A DNA stretch of 63,264 bases, the filler included, from Octopus bimaculoides (taxonomy: Eukaryota), in the NCBI RefSeq assembly GCF_001194135.2. It is 5 parts of 4 records of this genome, joined end to end, with 100 filler letters (N's around TTAATTAATTAA, not from the genome) between each part and the next. Parts side by side here need not be neighbours in the genome. Positions count along the whole stretch, not along the records: positions 34,347 to 50,333 come from NC_069000.1; positions 50,434 to 60,304 come from NC_068985.1; positions 60,405 to 63,264 come from NC_068987.1; 2 more parts are not named here. The stretch is one strand, 5' to 3'. Below, piece by piece: positions 48,588 to 62,228 of this stretch. A program made the translations under genes and the position numbers. Under the pieces are notes generated by a model. The model was not told where the DNA came from and did no database searches. It worked only from the letters and a program-made list of their open reading frames with translations. Every line of letters starts with the position of its first letter. Position 1 is the first letter of the stretch.

Positions 48588-50140
48588 TCTATAATATAAA
48601 TCCCGTTCTGTCTGTGTATGTGTGTGTGTAAAAGATTATAACGGCCGTATATTTCAATTGATTTTCTCCAAATTGGGAACATACATTACCTATGTTCTAC
48701 AGATGGTTTTAGACTCTTAAAATTTTTAACATAATGAGTAACGGGCCCCCTGAGAGCAGGAAATACCCGTTCCTGTGTTCGTGGAGAAGGGAGGTAACTC
48801 TTTGCAAAGTAACTTTCAGAAATTGTTTGTCTTCCTTACATCCATTGGTCATACAATTATCACAATATCAGTTGGCTCAAAAAAAAAAACAAAAACAAAC
48901 AGCACTGTAAGTAAAATTAATGAACAGCTGCTGCAGTGCCTTCCTGGAAGTCCTCACATCTATAAGTCAGTTGATACAATCTCAGATCCAGAAGACGTGG
49001 TAAATTATCCAACAGAATTCCTCAATTCATTGGAACCTTTCAGGACTACCTCCCCACAGATTGGAACTGAAAGTGGGAACTCCAGTAATGTTATTGAGGA
49101 GTTTGGACCCACCAACACTCTGCAATGGGACACGCCTGGTGGTAAAAAAAAAAATGATGCCACATGTTATTGAGGCCATCATTCTCTCAGAATGTGGAAA
49201 GGGAGAAGATGTTTTCATACCCAGAATTCCTCTCACTCCAATTCCTTTTTCATTCAGAAGAGTGCAATGTCTATCAATAAAACCCAAGGTCAAATACTGT
49301 CTGTGGTGGAACTTCACTTTGAAGAGTTGTGTTTCTCACACGAGCGATTAGATATTTGCTGCTCTAGAGTGGGACGCAAAAGAAAAATCTATTTGCATTT
49401 GCTCTACAAGGGAAAACAAGGAATATTGTTTACCAAGAGGTTTTGTAAGAATTACTGTATCCTACGATGCGCTCCAGTATCCACTGCTCTTTGTGAATGG
49501 TGAAGATGGATACCATTTCGGCATAATACCAACAAACCCGAAGACTGCACCGACAAAGCAGTTTCCTGCATGGACTTCACTATCAAAGCATGTTTTCCAA
49601 TTACTCCCACCAACCACGCGGTAAGGCATTACGCCTTATTTTTTCCAGTAATTCATTACTACATATTCTCACGTGACTGCATAGGCTCAGTTTATGTTTC
49701 TTATTCCACAGTCACACCAGCAATCCAATGTCAACCCTTCGCCTTCTGCATCATTTCAACAGTTCACTTTCCCGTTACCATCGCCCATTGCAACCTCTTT
49801 CCAGAGTGTACCCATTACCCATTTACGTACAATATCTCCATTAGACCTACATTCATTCGACTGTCAACCATACATTGGGTTGCGTTAGACGCAGCGCCGA
49901 CCGCCGCAAAAGAGAGTATATCCACTGACAGCTTTTCAGTCCGTTCAAATATCACATACACCACACCCCAATTTTCCATGACCAGTTAGGGCCTGGAATC
50001 CTCTAAACGGACGCGTGACATGTCGCTTAGTCGAATTAGCCCATCGTTTACTCCATTAATGTTTTGTCGTCAATGCTGCACTCTCCATATCTACAAACTA
50101 TGTCATTTTAGTCCCGAGCAATGCCGGGTATCTCTGCTAG
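48588..50140 (+). mobile_element. Complete non-autonomous Helitron (1553 bp) with PIF1-helicase and Rep fragments
   Basis: 5' A|TC, 3' hairpin CCCGAGCAATGCCGGG and CTAG|T. Carries YPTEFLNSL..ELKVGTPVMLLRSLDPPTLCNGTRL..AMSINKTQGQ (PIF1) and SYDALQYPLLFVNGEDGYH (Rep-side motif). Confidence 0.9.
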
Positions 50141-50171
50141 TACATACATATGTAAGTACATCTGAATATAA

Positions 50172-50333
50172 GGTTGCGAGCTGGCAAAAACGTTAGCACG
50201 CCGGGCGCAATGCTTAGCAGTATTTCGTCTGTCTCTACGGTCTGAGTTCAAATTCCGCCGAAGTTGACTTTGCCCTTTATCCTTTCGGGGTTAATAAATT
50301 AAGTACCAGTTGCGTACTGGGTCGATCTAATCG
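50172..50333 (+). mobile_element. SINE family A, cut by spacer
   Basis: GCGAGCTGGCAAAAACGTTAGCACGCCGGGC...TCTGAGTTCAAATTCCGCCG...TAAATTAAGTACCAGT. Confidence 0.85.
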
Positions 50334-50433
50334 NNNNNNNNNNNNNNNNNNNNNNNNNNNNNNNNNNNNNNNNNNNNTTAATTAATTAANNNNNNNNNNN
50401 NNNNNNNNNNNNNNNNNNNNNNNNNNNNNNNNN
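50334..50433. other. Artificial spacer N44-TTAATTAATTAA-N44
   Basis: Identical to 9981-10080. Confidence 0.95.
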
Positions 50434-50494
<61 letters not shown>

Positions 50495-52198
50495 CTATTC
50501 CTTTGACATCACATAGTTGTAAGCTAATGTAGTTGATATATATATATACATATATAGATATGTGCATTCATATATACTCTATACCTCCATCTCTAATGTA
50601 TTTTTACATTTTCGACGGTAAATCTCTTCAACGTATGTGAATACTTTCCCAAATAAAGACGGACATCATTTCAGAAGCTCCGACGAATCAAATAAGATGA
50701 TGCAAAAACACTCTGAGTGCACTGCTACTTGTAGCAGAAATAGTTGTAAGCTAATGTAGTTGATAGTGTAATTCCTGCTCCTTTGTTGTTTATTTAATTT
50801 CTTATTACGTTGTGTATTCAACGAATGTNNNNNNNNNNAACACGGTGGTGCATCAGCATGACCGCAGCTCTAAGCTGAAACTTTAAAAAAAAAAAAAAAT
50901 TTTTATATATATATATATATATATGTCTGTGTATGTGTGCGTGTGTCTTTGTGTACACATAAATACACACAGCGAAAAAGAGGGAGGCAATGAGAGCGAA
51001 AAAGAGATAGATGCATAGAATGATTCTCGAATGCCAAGTTAAGGCGTCTTTCAATAAAGCAATATTTTTTTATTCGGATGTTGTAAATGTCTAGTACTGA
51101 TCCTGATCTTAGGTCGTGCGTTGAATTTAAAGCACTTAGGAGCACGAAAGAGCCATTGTCGCTATTTAATATGACACAAAAAACTGTTAAATTTACTTCT
51201 AATTTATATCATGTGATGTCCAGATTTTCGTCGCACAACTGCAAACTGACCACCGACACGATTTCACTGCAAGGAGTAATAAAACATGAAATTTTATTCT
51301 TTCTTGTTCTAAGAGACTGTTTGATAGCTTTGTTGTTTGTTTTATTTGGAGTGTTGCAAATAATGCAGCGGGGAAAAAAATAAAATAGACACAAATAAAA
51401 AAAAAATACACGCGACACAAATATATTTTAAAAAATTGGTTTTCGTCAGTCTGTTATTCTATGTTTTGTGACTAGTCACCCTCTTTAGGTGAAAGCTATA
51501 ATTATCATAGTTTTATGGCTATGCAGTAAAAGTGTTAGCATTCAAGAGAGGTTCATGACATTTTATTTTGCTTTCTAATCATTAAGTTTTCTGGGCTGTT
51601 AAGAGCAGTCAGCCAGCTGAATCCATGAAAATTCAGTCCCACGTTCATCGTGATTTTATATAATATAGTTTTTCTTTTTATGAGACTTTCGTGAGATCCA
51701 TTCCAAGCATGTTCCTGCATGAAGTTGAACAGATATGTGAACGTTGCAATGATGAGCTTTTTGATAAAATGTAGTTTCATTATTACCGTTTTTTTTTTAC
51801 TGTTCTTTAATAAAATTTGATCCTGTGAGAGACAACAAAAAAGAAGATTATAGTAAAAAAATATATTAACGGTTTACGTTAGGGCAGAGATTGGAAATGA
51901 TACATAGAAGTCCCAGCCAGTTAGTCCCTATGGTGTTCTGCCACTCACAAGCCCTTTTAGAATATAAGTACCCATCACATTTTTATGGCTTGGCAGTAAA
52001 GACAAATTAGCATTCACGGCAGACTAACGACATTTTCTCGTTTTTGAATAGTTTGTGTTGATGATAGGAAGGTAGGATGGGTTTAACAGATTTGGTATTT
52101 TCAGTCGGTGAATCGGGGAATTAGAATATTGGCAGGAGAGACAGATGGGAAGTAGTGAATAAAGAGTGAAATAGGAAGATAAAGAAAGATGAGGAAGA

Positions 52199-52238
<40 letters not shown>

Positions 52239-53037
52239 TGAGAAAGGCGGAATAAGGACAGAGCGAAACAGCGATAAAAGAAGCAAGGGGTAATATGAGA
52301 GAGAATAGGGTTGGGTGACAATGCACGAAAAAATGGAGGAAATAACTGTAGCAAATGAAGATTCATTTAATAGCCGGATGGTTCACCATAGCACGTCTGT
52401 TAGGTATTTTCACTCATTTTCATTATTATGTAGTATTTAAACCTAGGTTAACCGAAGATTCTGGTGAGAAAATTAAATTTGAACAATCTGAAACCAGCCC
52501 ATATGTAATCTAGGACAACTTCAGTTCTATATATCAACCTACAACTACGTTGAGCATTTTAGCTGTTCTATAAATCCACTAAGAATAAATTAATTTTCAC
52601 TTAAATGAAGTGTTTTATGAAATGACGTTGTTGCCCAGTTTTTATCTTCTTTCGGTCATTCAACGCACAAAGTAGATATATATCCGTTCAAAATTTTAAC
52701 AGCAGAAAGGGATTTTACTCCATGGCTCTATAAACAAGAAAAAGAGACATCCCCAGTAAAACGTTTTTCAAAAGACAACTTTTTCAGATTATCTTAATTT
52801 TTTTTCACGTATTTCATTAAATATACACCAAGACGGTACCCCAGCATGGCCACAGTTTAATCACTGAAACAAATAAAATATTTTTTTTAAATGTCTTTGC
52901 AGATCAAGAATCAAATACCTTTAATGGTGGATGTGAATAGAAATCATAATTATAAAGCTGTGAATTGAGAAGCGGTGGCTCGTGACAATTCTGTAAATAA
53001 TAATATTTTATAAGCTTAAAGCTTATAAGAGTTCCTT

Positions 53038-53265
53038 CCCGAGCAATGCCGATTCATAAGGGCTAGTTTCCCCGGCTCATGGAGTATAAATTTCCCACCT
53101 GGAGGGGACGCCGTTCCGTGGCAGGGTTGTTCATTTTTGCAAACTGAGAGGACTGGAGTAATGTAAAATGAAGTGCTTTACTCAAGAACACAATGCGTTG
53201 CCCTGTCTGGAAATCGAAACCAAAATCTTACAATCATGAATCCATCACCCTAAGAACTAAGCGAT
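53038..53265 (-). mobile_element. SINE with a family-B-like head and a different (V-domain-like) tail
   Basis: Minus strand TTGTGTTCTTGAGTAAAGCACTTCATTT followed by ACCCTGCCACGGAACGGCGTCCCCTCCAGG. Confidence 0.6.
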
Positions 53266-53842
53266 CAGCGTGTATTAACTATTTTCTTTAGTCACTCTAT
53301 GGTGATCGCTTATAAGCCTTAAGCCTATGAAATATAATTAATACTTATAAAAATGCTGAAAAATATTGCAGAAGAAGATACCAATTGTAGTCTTTCACGG
53401 TTAATTAATATCAGTACGAGATTTATCATGAAAATTAATTACGCAATTAAATACTTAAGGAAAAAGTACCTGCTCCTCGAGATTTGGATAGCCTGGTTGA
53501 AGGTATCGGAATTCTAGAGGTGTGCTAAGCCTGGCAAGTAAGCTGATCTCAGAATGTGTTGAAACTAAAACAATTTCAGCGTGAAATACACATATTAGCC
53601 ATTCAAATCACACAACCTTTGATTTCACTTAATTGTTTATGATAAGCTGTCAAAATCTTCGTCGACCCAACTGCGACTTGATCACTAACATGGTTCCACT
53701 GAAATTTGAAGTTGCAGTAAAACGATAGCTAATTGTGGTTAGTTCGAAATTAAACCCGTTCTAGCCGGTGTATATTAAAAGACAGTCCAGTCGTAACCGA
53801 CAGCATTTTTATGCAGATATTACACTTTCCATTATGTTACCT

Positions 53843-54250
53843 CGGCAGAGGCGTGGTGGTGTGGTTGGGAAGTTTACTTCCAAACCACGAGGTTTTGAGT
53901 TCAGTCCCACAGTGTGGCACCTTTAGCATGTGTCTTCTACTACAGCCCCGGGGATACTTAATTTCAGTGAGCGGATTTAGAGGACGGATATTAAAAGTAG
54001 CCCGTCGTATATATATGCGCGTACACTTGTGTGTATGTTTGTATGTGTGTATGCGTGTATGCATGTGTGTGTGCGTGCGCGCTTGTCACCATTGCTTGAC
54101 AGTGTTGGTTTCTTTACGGCTCCTCTCAACTGGAGTTCTACAAAAGAGACTGATACAATAAGTACTAGACTTTAGAAATAAGAAACTATTTTTTCAACTA
54201 AACCTTCAAGGCAGGGTTCGATTAGGGTTGCAAATCCAGTGATTGAAACA
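53843..54250 (+). mobile_element. SINE family C, decayed
   Basis: GGCAGAGGCGTGGTGGTGTGG..GAGTTCAGTCCCACAGTGTGGCACC..AAAAGAGACTGATACAATAAGTACTAG. Confidence 0.75.
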
Positions 54251-56336
54251 AGTAGAATATAATGCTCTGTAAACCCGTTCTGTTTTTCGATTTTTGAAAA
54301 TTTGGTTGCTATATCTAGCGGCTTATGCCACCGACTGGTGTATATTAATAAGCACATGCGAGCAAACGTGTACTTGGATTTTTAGTTCGATATGGAATAT
54401 TTACATTTATATACCACCTTTTGGCCATCGTCATCCCCGTACAAACCGCTCCATGCTTTGAATAATGAATTAATTTTGCTTTATCTTATATCACTTAAAA
54501 TATGGAAAGAAAACAAAAATAAAAACATACAACGTGCATCCACTTAGAAAGAATTTGTTGCTTCCAGGAAAAGCAGTCGAATTGTACATTGCAGCAATTC
54601 CTTACTGCAACAGCTGTTAGAAGGAAAATATGGCAATTCAAAATGGCATATTTTGTTTCCCTTGAGGCTAAATCTATCGAAACAAATAATTTCTAAAACA
54701 GATTTTATATTTACTATTTTTTCATATATATTATTTATTTTTGCTTTAATTTTTTGTTTTAGTTTTTCGTATTTCCAAAAAAAAAATTATGATAAAAATA
54801 TAAGGATTTTATTAAAAGAGGTATGAATTAATGCGAAGGAAAATTATCGATATATAGACCTCTGTAAATGTGTGATCATATGTGTATGTTTGCTTGTAAG
54901 TCTGTGTCGACACGCGTATGTGTTTGTATGTGTGTGTATGTGTGCATGTTTGTACGTGTGTCTGTGTGTCTGTGTGTCAGTGTGTGTGTGTGTGCGCGTG
55001 CGTGTGTACGGGTGTATGTATATATTAGATAGAATATTTTGAAGCAACTGTTTAGAAAATTTCCTTTAAGCAAACACAATCTCACAAAAATATACATATA
55101 CAATTGCGTATTTATAATACTATACATACATACATGTGTGTTTAAGTGTGTGTCTGTGTGTGTGTATGTGCGCGTGTATATGTGTACTTCTGTGTGTATG
55201 TATGCATACATGTGTACTTGCAGACATATATATAGTTGTATATTTTTTTCACTGATATCTCTTATTTTTTATCTTTATTTCGATATCATATTTCTTTTAA
55301 CATTTGAAAGAACTATACACTTATTTCAAATACAGTAGGCCTATAATGCTCCTACATATATAGAAAAACCCTTTCAACAAAATTAAACGTAATTCAATTC
55401 TGTAAAATATATACACTTTCTAAAGTAAAAGTCCTTTGAACAAAATTACGTATAATTGGATATAAAAATATTCATACTTATTTTAGCTAATATCTTCTCC
55501 ACTAAAAGATCCAAAACTATACGTACATACATACATGTATGTATGTATGTATGTATGTATGTATACATATATATGTATGTATGTATATATATATATATAT
55601 ATATACATATANNNNNNNNNNGATGTTTGTATGTGTGCGTGCATGTTTGTATGTATGTATGTATATATGTATTTTGTGTGTATGTATTAAATGTGATTGT
55701 TGCTACTAGGTCTATTAGGTATTTATTTCTTTAACAATGTGCATTGAGGGTTGAAATGTTGCCTTCTTCTGAACCCCTAATTCTTCCCGATAATCAATTC
55801 AACGCTACTATTACAGATGATCTAAATTTCAAGATTCGTTCAAATCGTGGATTGTTGTTCCTGAAAATCGTACAAAAAGCACGAGTTTATTTCAATTAGG
55901 CTTTGAATACAACAGAAATATATTAGTGGTTTTTAACGTTTTGAAGTTTGTTATCTGGATCAGACACGTGTTTCTATTTATTTTGTAAGGACTTCAGATT
56001 GGAGGAGATCTTTATCGATTCTAATAACATCTCGCAATTTCACATTTGTGGCTGATTGAGCCTGTTTGGTCCACTCATATGCTTTTCTTTGAGTACATTT
56101 GGATGGAATTATTTGCAAATATTCAGCAAAACACATATGCCAACATTTTCAAATGCATATTTGCGGTGCTAAGTTATTAAACAATGCTGATTTCTGTTTT
56201 TGAAATTATTTAACAAACTTATGGTTATCAGTGCCACACACTTAATGTACATCTCGTGTTTAAACGCCAAAAGATGCGGTTTTCCTTCCGGGAGAAAAAT
56301 CGTTTAAACATTTTTAGTGAGTGTTAAAAAAAACAC

Positions 56337-56754
56337 TGTGGAGTGAAGATGGGTGACCAAAAGGGAGAGGAAGTGACATTACGTCAAGGTCTCGGAAGGG
56401 AGAGGAAATAACATCATGGAAAGAAAAGGCGGTTCCGAACAGCTTCTTTTCTCACGGGTGTGTTGCGAGCAATGGACGCGTGTTCAGAACGATCGTAAGG
56501 TAGAAGTTCTTTCTGGTCAAAGATTGGAGAGAGCGTACGTGCGGTTACAACTGTGAGGTCTTACTGGTTTCCTGTGATCTGACGCTTGGAGGGATTGTGC
56601 CTTACTTCAAGAAAAACACAATGTCATTCAGACATTCGGGATGCGAGGATCAAACAAGAGACTGATGCTGCTGTAGCAGGTGTGTTGACTTTTTGATTAA
56701 TTACTTTGCGATTGGACATTTAAATGAATTACTTGTTGACTCTTATCTTCCACA
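56337..56754. mobile_element. Possible solo LTR (418 bp)
   Basis: Terminal inverted 6-mers TGTGGA...TCCACA, GC-richer than the flanks, duplicated GGGAGAGGAA motif. No matching TSD. Confidence 0.35.
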
Positions 56755-58048
56755 TCTAATTTAATGGCCTCTACAAAAATTACTTAAAATAGTTCAGTCG
56801 GAAGATGAAGAAGGACACATCTCATAGAATTTGCATACTGATGAAGTTGTTGCTGCCAGTATTGTTGTGTAGTGTCAGACTAGCAGTTAACCCTTTAGCA
56901 TTTAAACCAGCTATATTTGGGCAAAATATTCTACCTGTTTTGTGTTCAAACCAACCAGATCCAGCTTCGCACACCAATCTTACAATATCGTTCAAAAAAT
57001 TAATAGTTAGCTCAACAAAATCTAAAAGCGATTTTGTCTTTAAGGGGTTTTTTTTCGTATCGATAAACTGCATTTTCTGGTGTCTAAACAAAAGACAAAC
57101 ATTCAGTCTGAGGTATTGGTAACATCTGCGTTGTTGAACAGCTTCTACAGCAAAGTTTGAATTTATTTTACTAATAAATGTATCATTACAAGATGTAATA
57201 AACCGACCGAGACGAGGACCCCACGAAGGGTCACCGGAGTAATATCACTTAAAAGATTGAGTAGCTCGGAGATCAGGAAATCTCTACTCGTTGCGCCGCT
57301 ACTTATTCGCGTTGAGGGAGCACAATTGTGGTACTACGGATACGGGATCAGAATGTGGCAGGAAAGAATAGCAGAACGTATGTTTCAAACTTAGTCAACC
57401 AGCAGGAAACATAAAGATAGATAAAAAACATGATTGTTGAGTAATATCCATAGTCTCAGTTGGTCATGCTTAGGAATTCAGAAGCAAACATCTAATGACG
57501 TTTGCTTCTGAGAGGACACTATGGAGATACTTAAGGACTCTACCCCCATGAGTTACCCAGTGGTTGAAAAAACTGCATGGAAGGATGAATGGATGTAGGT
57601 GTAGTCAACTGACCTAAAGTTATTGTTAGAATTAATATTTCTCGAAAATGAAAATAATTCCTTCATTCATAGGCTGTTATAGCAAAGTTCCGTTTGATGG
57701 AATAAAGTCTGAAGAGGTATGCAAAGGTGGAAGGAATGACGGTTTGCATTATGACCAGAAGCGTTGTGGAAATGCAAACGTATGCTTGAATTATTTTTCT
57801 AACAAACACTTTTGGAACCAGGACAGAAATATTCAACTAACCAATCACTAGACTAATCCTGCGCAACCCAAGATTTTGTGACTTGATTACAAAAGGTAGA
57901 CACAATTTAAATCGGTTTTTCATTGCTCTTGAATTATCAGGGAACCACGTTGTTTTGATGCTTCAAATTGAGTAAATTTCCAAGAATCAACGCTTTTTAA
58001 CAATAAATAAAACCAATCACCGTCAAGGCTGTTCGTATTTTTCGAAGT

Positions 58049-58358
58049 CGGAGCACTCCGTCGGTTACGACGACGAGGGTCCCAGCTGATACGATCAACG
58101 GAACAGCTTGCTCGTGAAATTAACGTGCAAGTGACTGAGCAATCCACAGACACGTGTACCTCTAATGTAATTCTCAGGGAGATTCAGCGTGACACAGAGT
58201 GTGACAAGGCCGGGTCTTTGATATACAGGTACTACTCATTTTTGCCAGCTGGGTGAAAGAAAGTGTCTTGCCCAAGGACACAATGCGTCACCGGGAATTG
58301 AACTCACGACCTTACGATCGTGAGTCGAATGCCCTAACCACTAAGCCACGCGCTTTCA
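58049..58358 (-). mobile_element. SINE family B variant
   Basis: Minus-strand head GCGCGTGGCTTAGTGGTTAGGGCATTCGACTCACGATCGTAAGGTCGTGAGTTCAATTCCC plus the shared tail. Confidence 0.85.
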
Positions 58359-58555
58359 CTATTTTTCGTGAATTTTGTCGTTAAATTTCACCGAATTAAT
58401 GGTGCAAATCAAATTTGCACTACATACATATATGTGTGCGTGTCCTTGTATGTGTGTGCGTGCGTGTATGAACACGTGTGTGAGTGTGTTTGTGTGTGTG
58501 TGTGTATGTGTGGATGTGCTCATATATGTGTATGCTTATATAAATATGTATTTAC

Positions 58556-58607
<52 letters not shown>

Positions 58608-58655
58608 NNNNNNNNNNNNNNNNNNGTGTGTGTGTGTGTGTGTGTGTATGTGTGT

Positions 58656-58715
<60 letters not shown>

Positions 58716-59445
58716 AAACACACACACATATGTATATATTTCAAATCCGAAATACGTAGGTGCAAAACAGTGCCTTAGAACTTACAGTATAAATAGATGT
58801 GTACATAAATATATAGATGCATAGATGCATAGATGCTAGAATAAATATTATATATGTATATATATATATATATATGCATTAATACGCATAAATATATCAG
58901 TGCACATGCATATAAGCTTATACATACATACATACATACATACATACATACATACACACATACATACACACATACATACATACACACATACATACATACA
59001 TACATACATACATACATACATACATACATACATACATACATGTTAACCATTGTAGTATCCATTGTAACGACAGTAGTCTGATGAAGACGCCAAGAATCGC
59101 TTCGAATAAGTTTGCATTGTTTGTGAAAGAACGCTATGGGAGGGTAAACAAAACAAATATATTTACCCATAAGTATGTTATGAATATTCTCAGTCAGAAA
59201 TCGAAGCAGACATGGAATCGCTATGTATCTTTAGAGATTTAGAATATGAAGCAAAAATGTATATAAACAGCTGCATATCAATATTCTTATAAACGTGTGT
59301 TGGAATCTGTATGTGTGCAAATATATTTAAAATTTAATTTCCTTAATATGTCGCCATATATACTCATCCACATGTATGTGAGTATTCTATCATTCATAGC
59401 TAGATAGATCGATCGATAGATAGATAGATAAATATATATATATAT

Positions 59446-59493
<48 letters not shown>

Positions 59494-59589
59494 ACATGTC
59501 AATGCATAGGAAAGTGAGAACTGCAGGACAAGTGAAATTAGTTTGTGGAATTTTGCTATATATAAATATGTGTATATACGTATACTTTT

Positions 59590-60280
59590 TACACTTTTAC
59601 TCTTTTATTAGTTCCAGCTCATGTTGCGGCACTGCCAACTAGTGTCGCCACACCCTCATTAACCCATCTTTAGTAACTGGATTTTGGTTAATGAGGGAGT
59701 TTGATGAGACTGCCCTCCTTCACCACTTGTCGCCGTAAAGTTCAGTCATCTGGGACTCTAGATATCCTGTATAGTTGTGAAGACGTTTACATCCACACCG
59801 TAACAGGTGTTTTAGATCCTTGGGGTGATTTTGAAGAATTATGGGGCCTTTGAATTACAAATTATTTCAGTTTCGGATCCTGTATGTTGACAGTGGGAAA
59901 GGAATTTTTGGCAGTTTGTTATGGCACCCTGCCTTGACGTTTGTATATCTTTCAATACTAAAGTTTTGAACCAGTCCTTCTCTGATATATTATAGTATAT
60001 ATTTCTCTTACCTTCGTTCCAGTCTTAAACTCTTGAGACTTTCACCATAGCTAATTTGTTGCATTGAAGCTTTCTTCCTATATCATCATTTCAATGCTTC
60101 GAGGTCCGTAGTTCGGATCCTTAGACAAGAGAGCTTAGGACAGATGTCCTTCAGGGACCATTGTGGTCTCTCGTTCTGAAAATTCAAAAACTCCACTCTG
60201 CAAACTTAGTAATATGCACATGGAAGGATGCATCACTACTATCAAATTCCAGGTCACAGTTGATCGGAAAGCAATATTCA
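59590..60280 (-). mobile_element. CR1-like LINE 3' fragment, decayed
   Basis: SSDASFHVHITK..IFRTRD, MQQISYGESLKSLRLERR*EKY, EGLVQNFSIERYTN and FKGP segments occur in CR1 order; AATAAA near the 3' end. Confidence 0.7.
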
Positions 60281-60304
60281 TACATATACATACATATATA
60301 TATA

Positions 60305-60404
60305 NNNNNNNNNNNNNNNNNNNNNNNNNNNNNNNNNNNNNNNNNNNNTTAATTAATTAANNNNNNNNNNNNNNNNNNNNNNNNNNNNNNNNNNNNNNNN
60401 NNNN
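60305..60404. other. Artificial spacer N44-TTAATTAATTAA-N44
   Basis: Identical to 9981-10080. Confidence 0.95.
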
Positions 60405-60462
<58 letters not shown>

Positions 60463-61819
60463 ATATACATACATATATGCATTCATACATGCATACATAC
60501 ACACAAATGTATTCGTGTATGTAGGCATGCATAGACATGTATGTGTATAACCCTAAGCTTGCTACTTACCTCAGTTTATTTACCAAATTTCTGCTATAGA
60601 CTACTCTTAAAGCGAGGGGTCCGTGTTATTGTAGGTTTGCTTACAGTCTTTCCTCTGTGATAGAGTACATATTAAGTGGTCCACACTCAGACCATATCTT
60701 TCTTCTTGTCTTGTAATGACAGTCATCCGGGATTAGTTAAACGGACTGCTGCTGAGTTTACCGTCGTTGTGAGTTCATAGGAGTTTCAAGAGATGATCAG
60801 AGTTCGCGAAAACAGTTCCCGTCTGCATATCGTCAGACGATATCGATTTATATCAATAGATACATAAGAATAGCACAAAGAAAAAAAAACGAATTAAAAA
60901 ATTGAAGAATTTCATTCGAAACGTTTCCATTTTAGGTTGGTAGTATAAAAAAAATCCCTTCGTTTCCAATATGACAACATCAAAATTCTGGTCTATCCCT
61001 GGTGGTTAGCTATCATCGGAGAGACAATCCCGTCTAGATTAACCCATTACCTCCCATAATTCTATTAACTGGAATTTTGTTTATGAAACTTTGATTTCTA
61101 ACATAAAGCAGCCTTAGAAACACGCTGGAATAACATTTCAAAATAACATTTCAAAATAACATTTTAAATAGAAATATTAGGAAACCTCATTTGAATATCA
61201 GAGAAATAAACCTAGTAGATATAGCAAAAAGGTTAGAAATGTGTAAATATTGACAGATAATTACGAAATTTGTAATTTTTAAGTGATCTCATATGAGATC
61301 ACTGGTAGGTAATGGGTTAAGTCAAGTTGAGGTAGGTTTGAAATTTACATCAAAGAATAAAGAAGGTGCGCTGAGCATAAACTGTTACCATTTTTTCTAC
61401 ACATTTTAAAGACCTTAAAGTTTCTAGTGAATGGCAGTTATGTGCAGCGCTGTTTCATCCTTCTTTAGGATCGTCAGCAAGCCTCCGAACTTTTAATGTC
61501 AGATCAACTTGAATACTGTGTCCAAAGTTCAACTGATTTCTGTTCTTAGTTTTTAAAACAACAAGGAATATGGTGTAGACATAAAAAAAAAACAAGAACA
61601 ATTATAGATGAATTTTTCAATTGCACTTAAGGGCTTTATTTACTTCACTACTTAGGGCAGAGTATTTATCTTTAAATTATTCATTTATTACACCAGTTGT
61701 GTGGAGATATCTGATACCCTTTTTGTCGTTTTATAAGATTTCCATTTTCGCTAATATTAAGTGTATATCCCAGCGTTATGAAGGGAAAATGTCTTACTTC
61801 ACAGCATTCTTTCCAAATG

Positions 61820-61846
61820 ATAACGATGATGATGATCCTCACTATA

Positions 61847-61896
<50 letters not shown>

Positions 61897-61906
61897 GTTG
61901 ATGATG

Positions 61907-61989
<83 letters not shown>

Positions 61990-62003
61990 TACTATTATTA
62001 TCA
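61820..62003 (+). repeat. Compound (GAT)n-(AAT)n-(ATT)n microsatellite
   Basis: Directly visible; the strand sense switches near 61937. Confidence 0.95.
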
Positions 62004-62005
62004 TC

Positions 62006-62228
62006 AAGGCGGCAAGGTAGCAGAATTGTTAGCACGCTGGACGAAATGCTTATCGGCATTTCGCCCGTCGCTACATTCTGAGTTCAAATTCCCCCGAGGT
62101 CGACTTTACCATTCATCCTTTCGGGGGTCGATAAATTAAGTACCAGTTGAGTACTGAGGTTGACGTAATCGACTATCATCCTCCCCCAGATTTCAGGCCT
62201 TGTCCCTATAGTAGAAAAGATTATTATT
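62006..62228 (+). mobile_element. SINE family A, full copy with ATT tail
   Basis: Head, B-box-like TTCTGAGTTCAAATTCC, core and the tail AGTAGAAAAGATTATTATT. Confidence 0.88.

Noticed and set aside
60560-60850. Possible host exon ending at a minus-strand AG|GTAAGT donor near 60570
   Set aside because: All frames have stops within a short distance and no homology is recognisable. A lone donor motif is insufficient.
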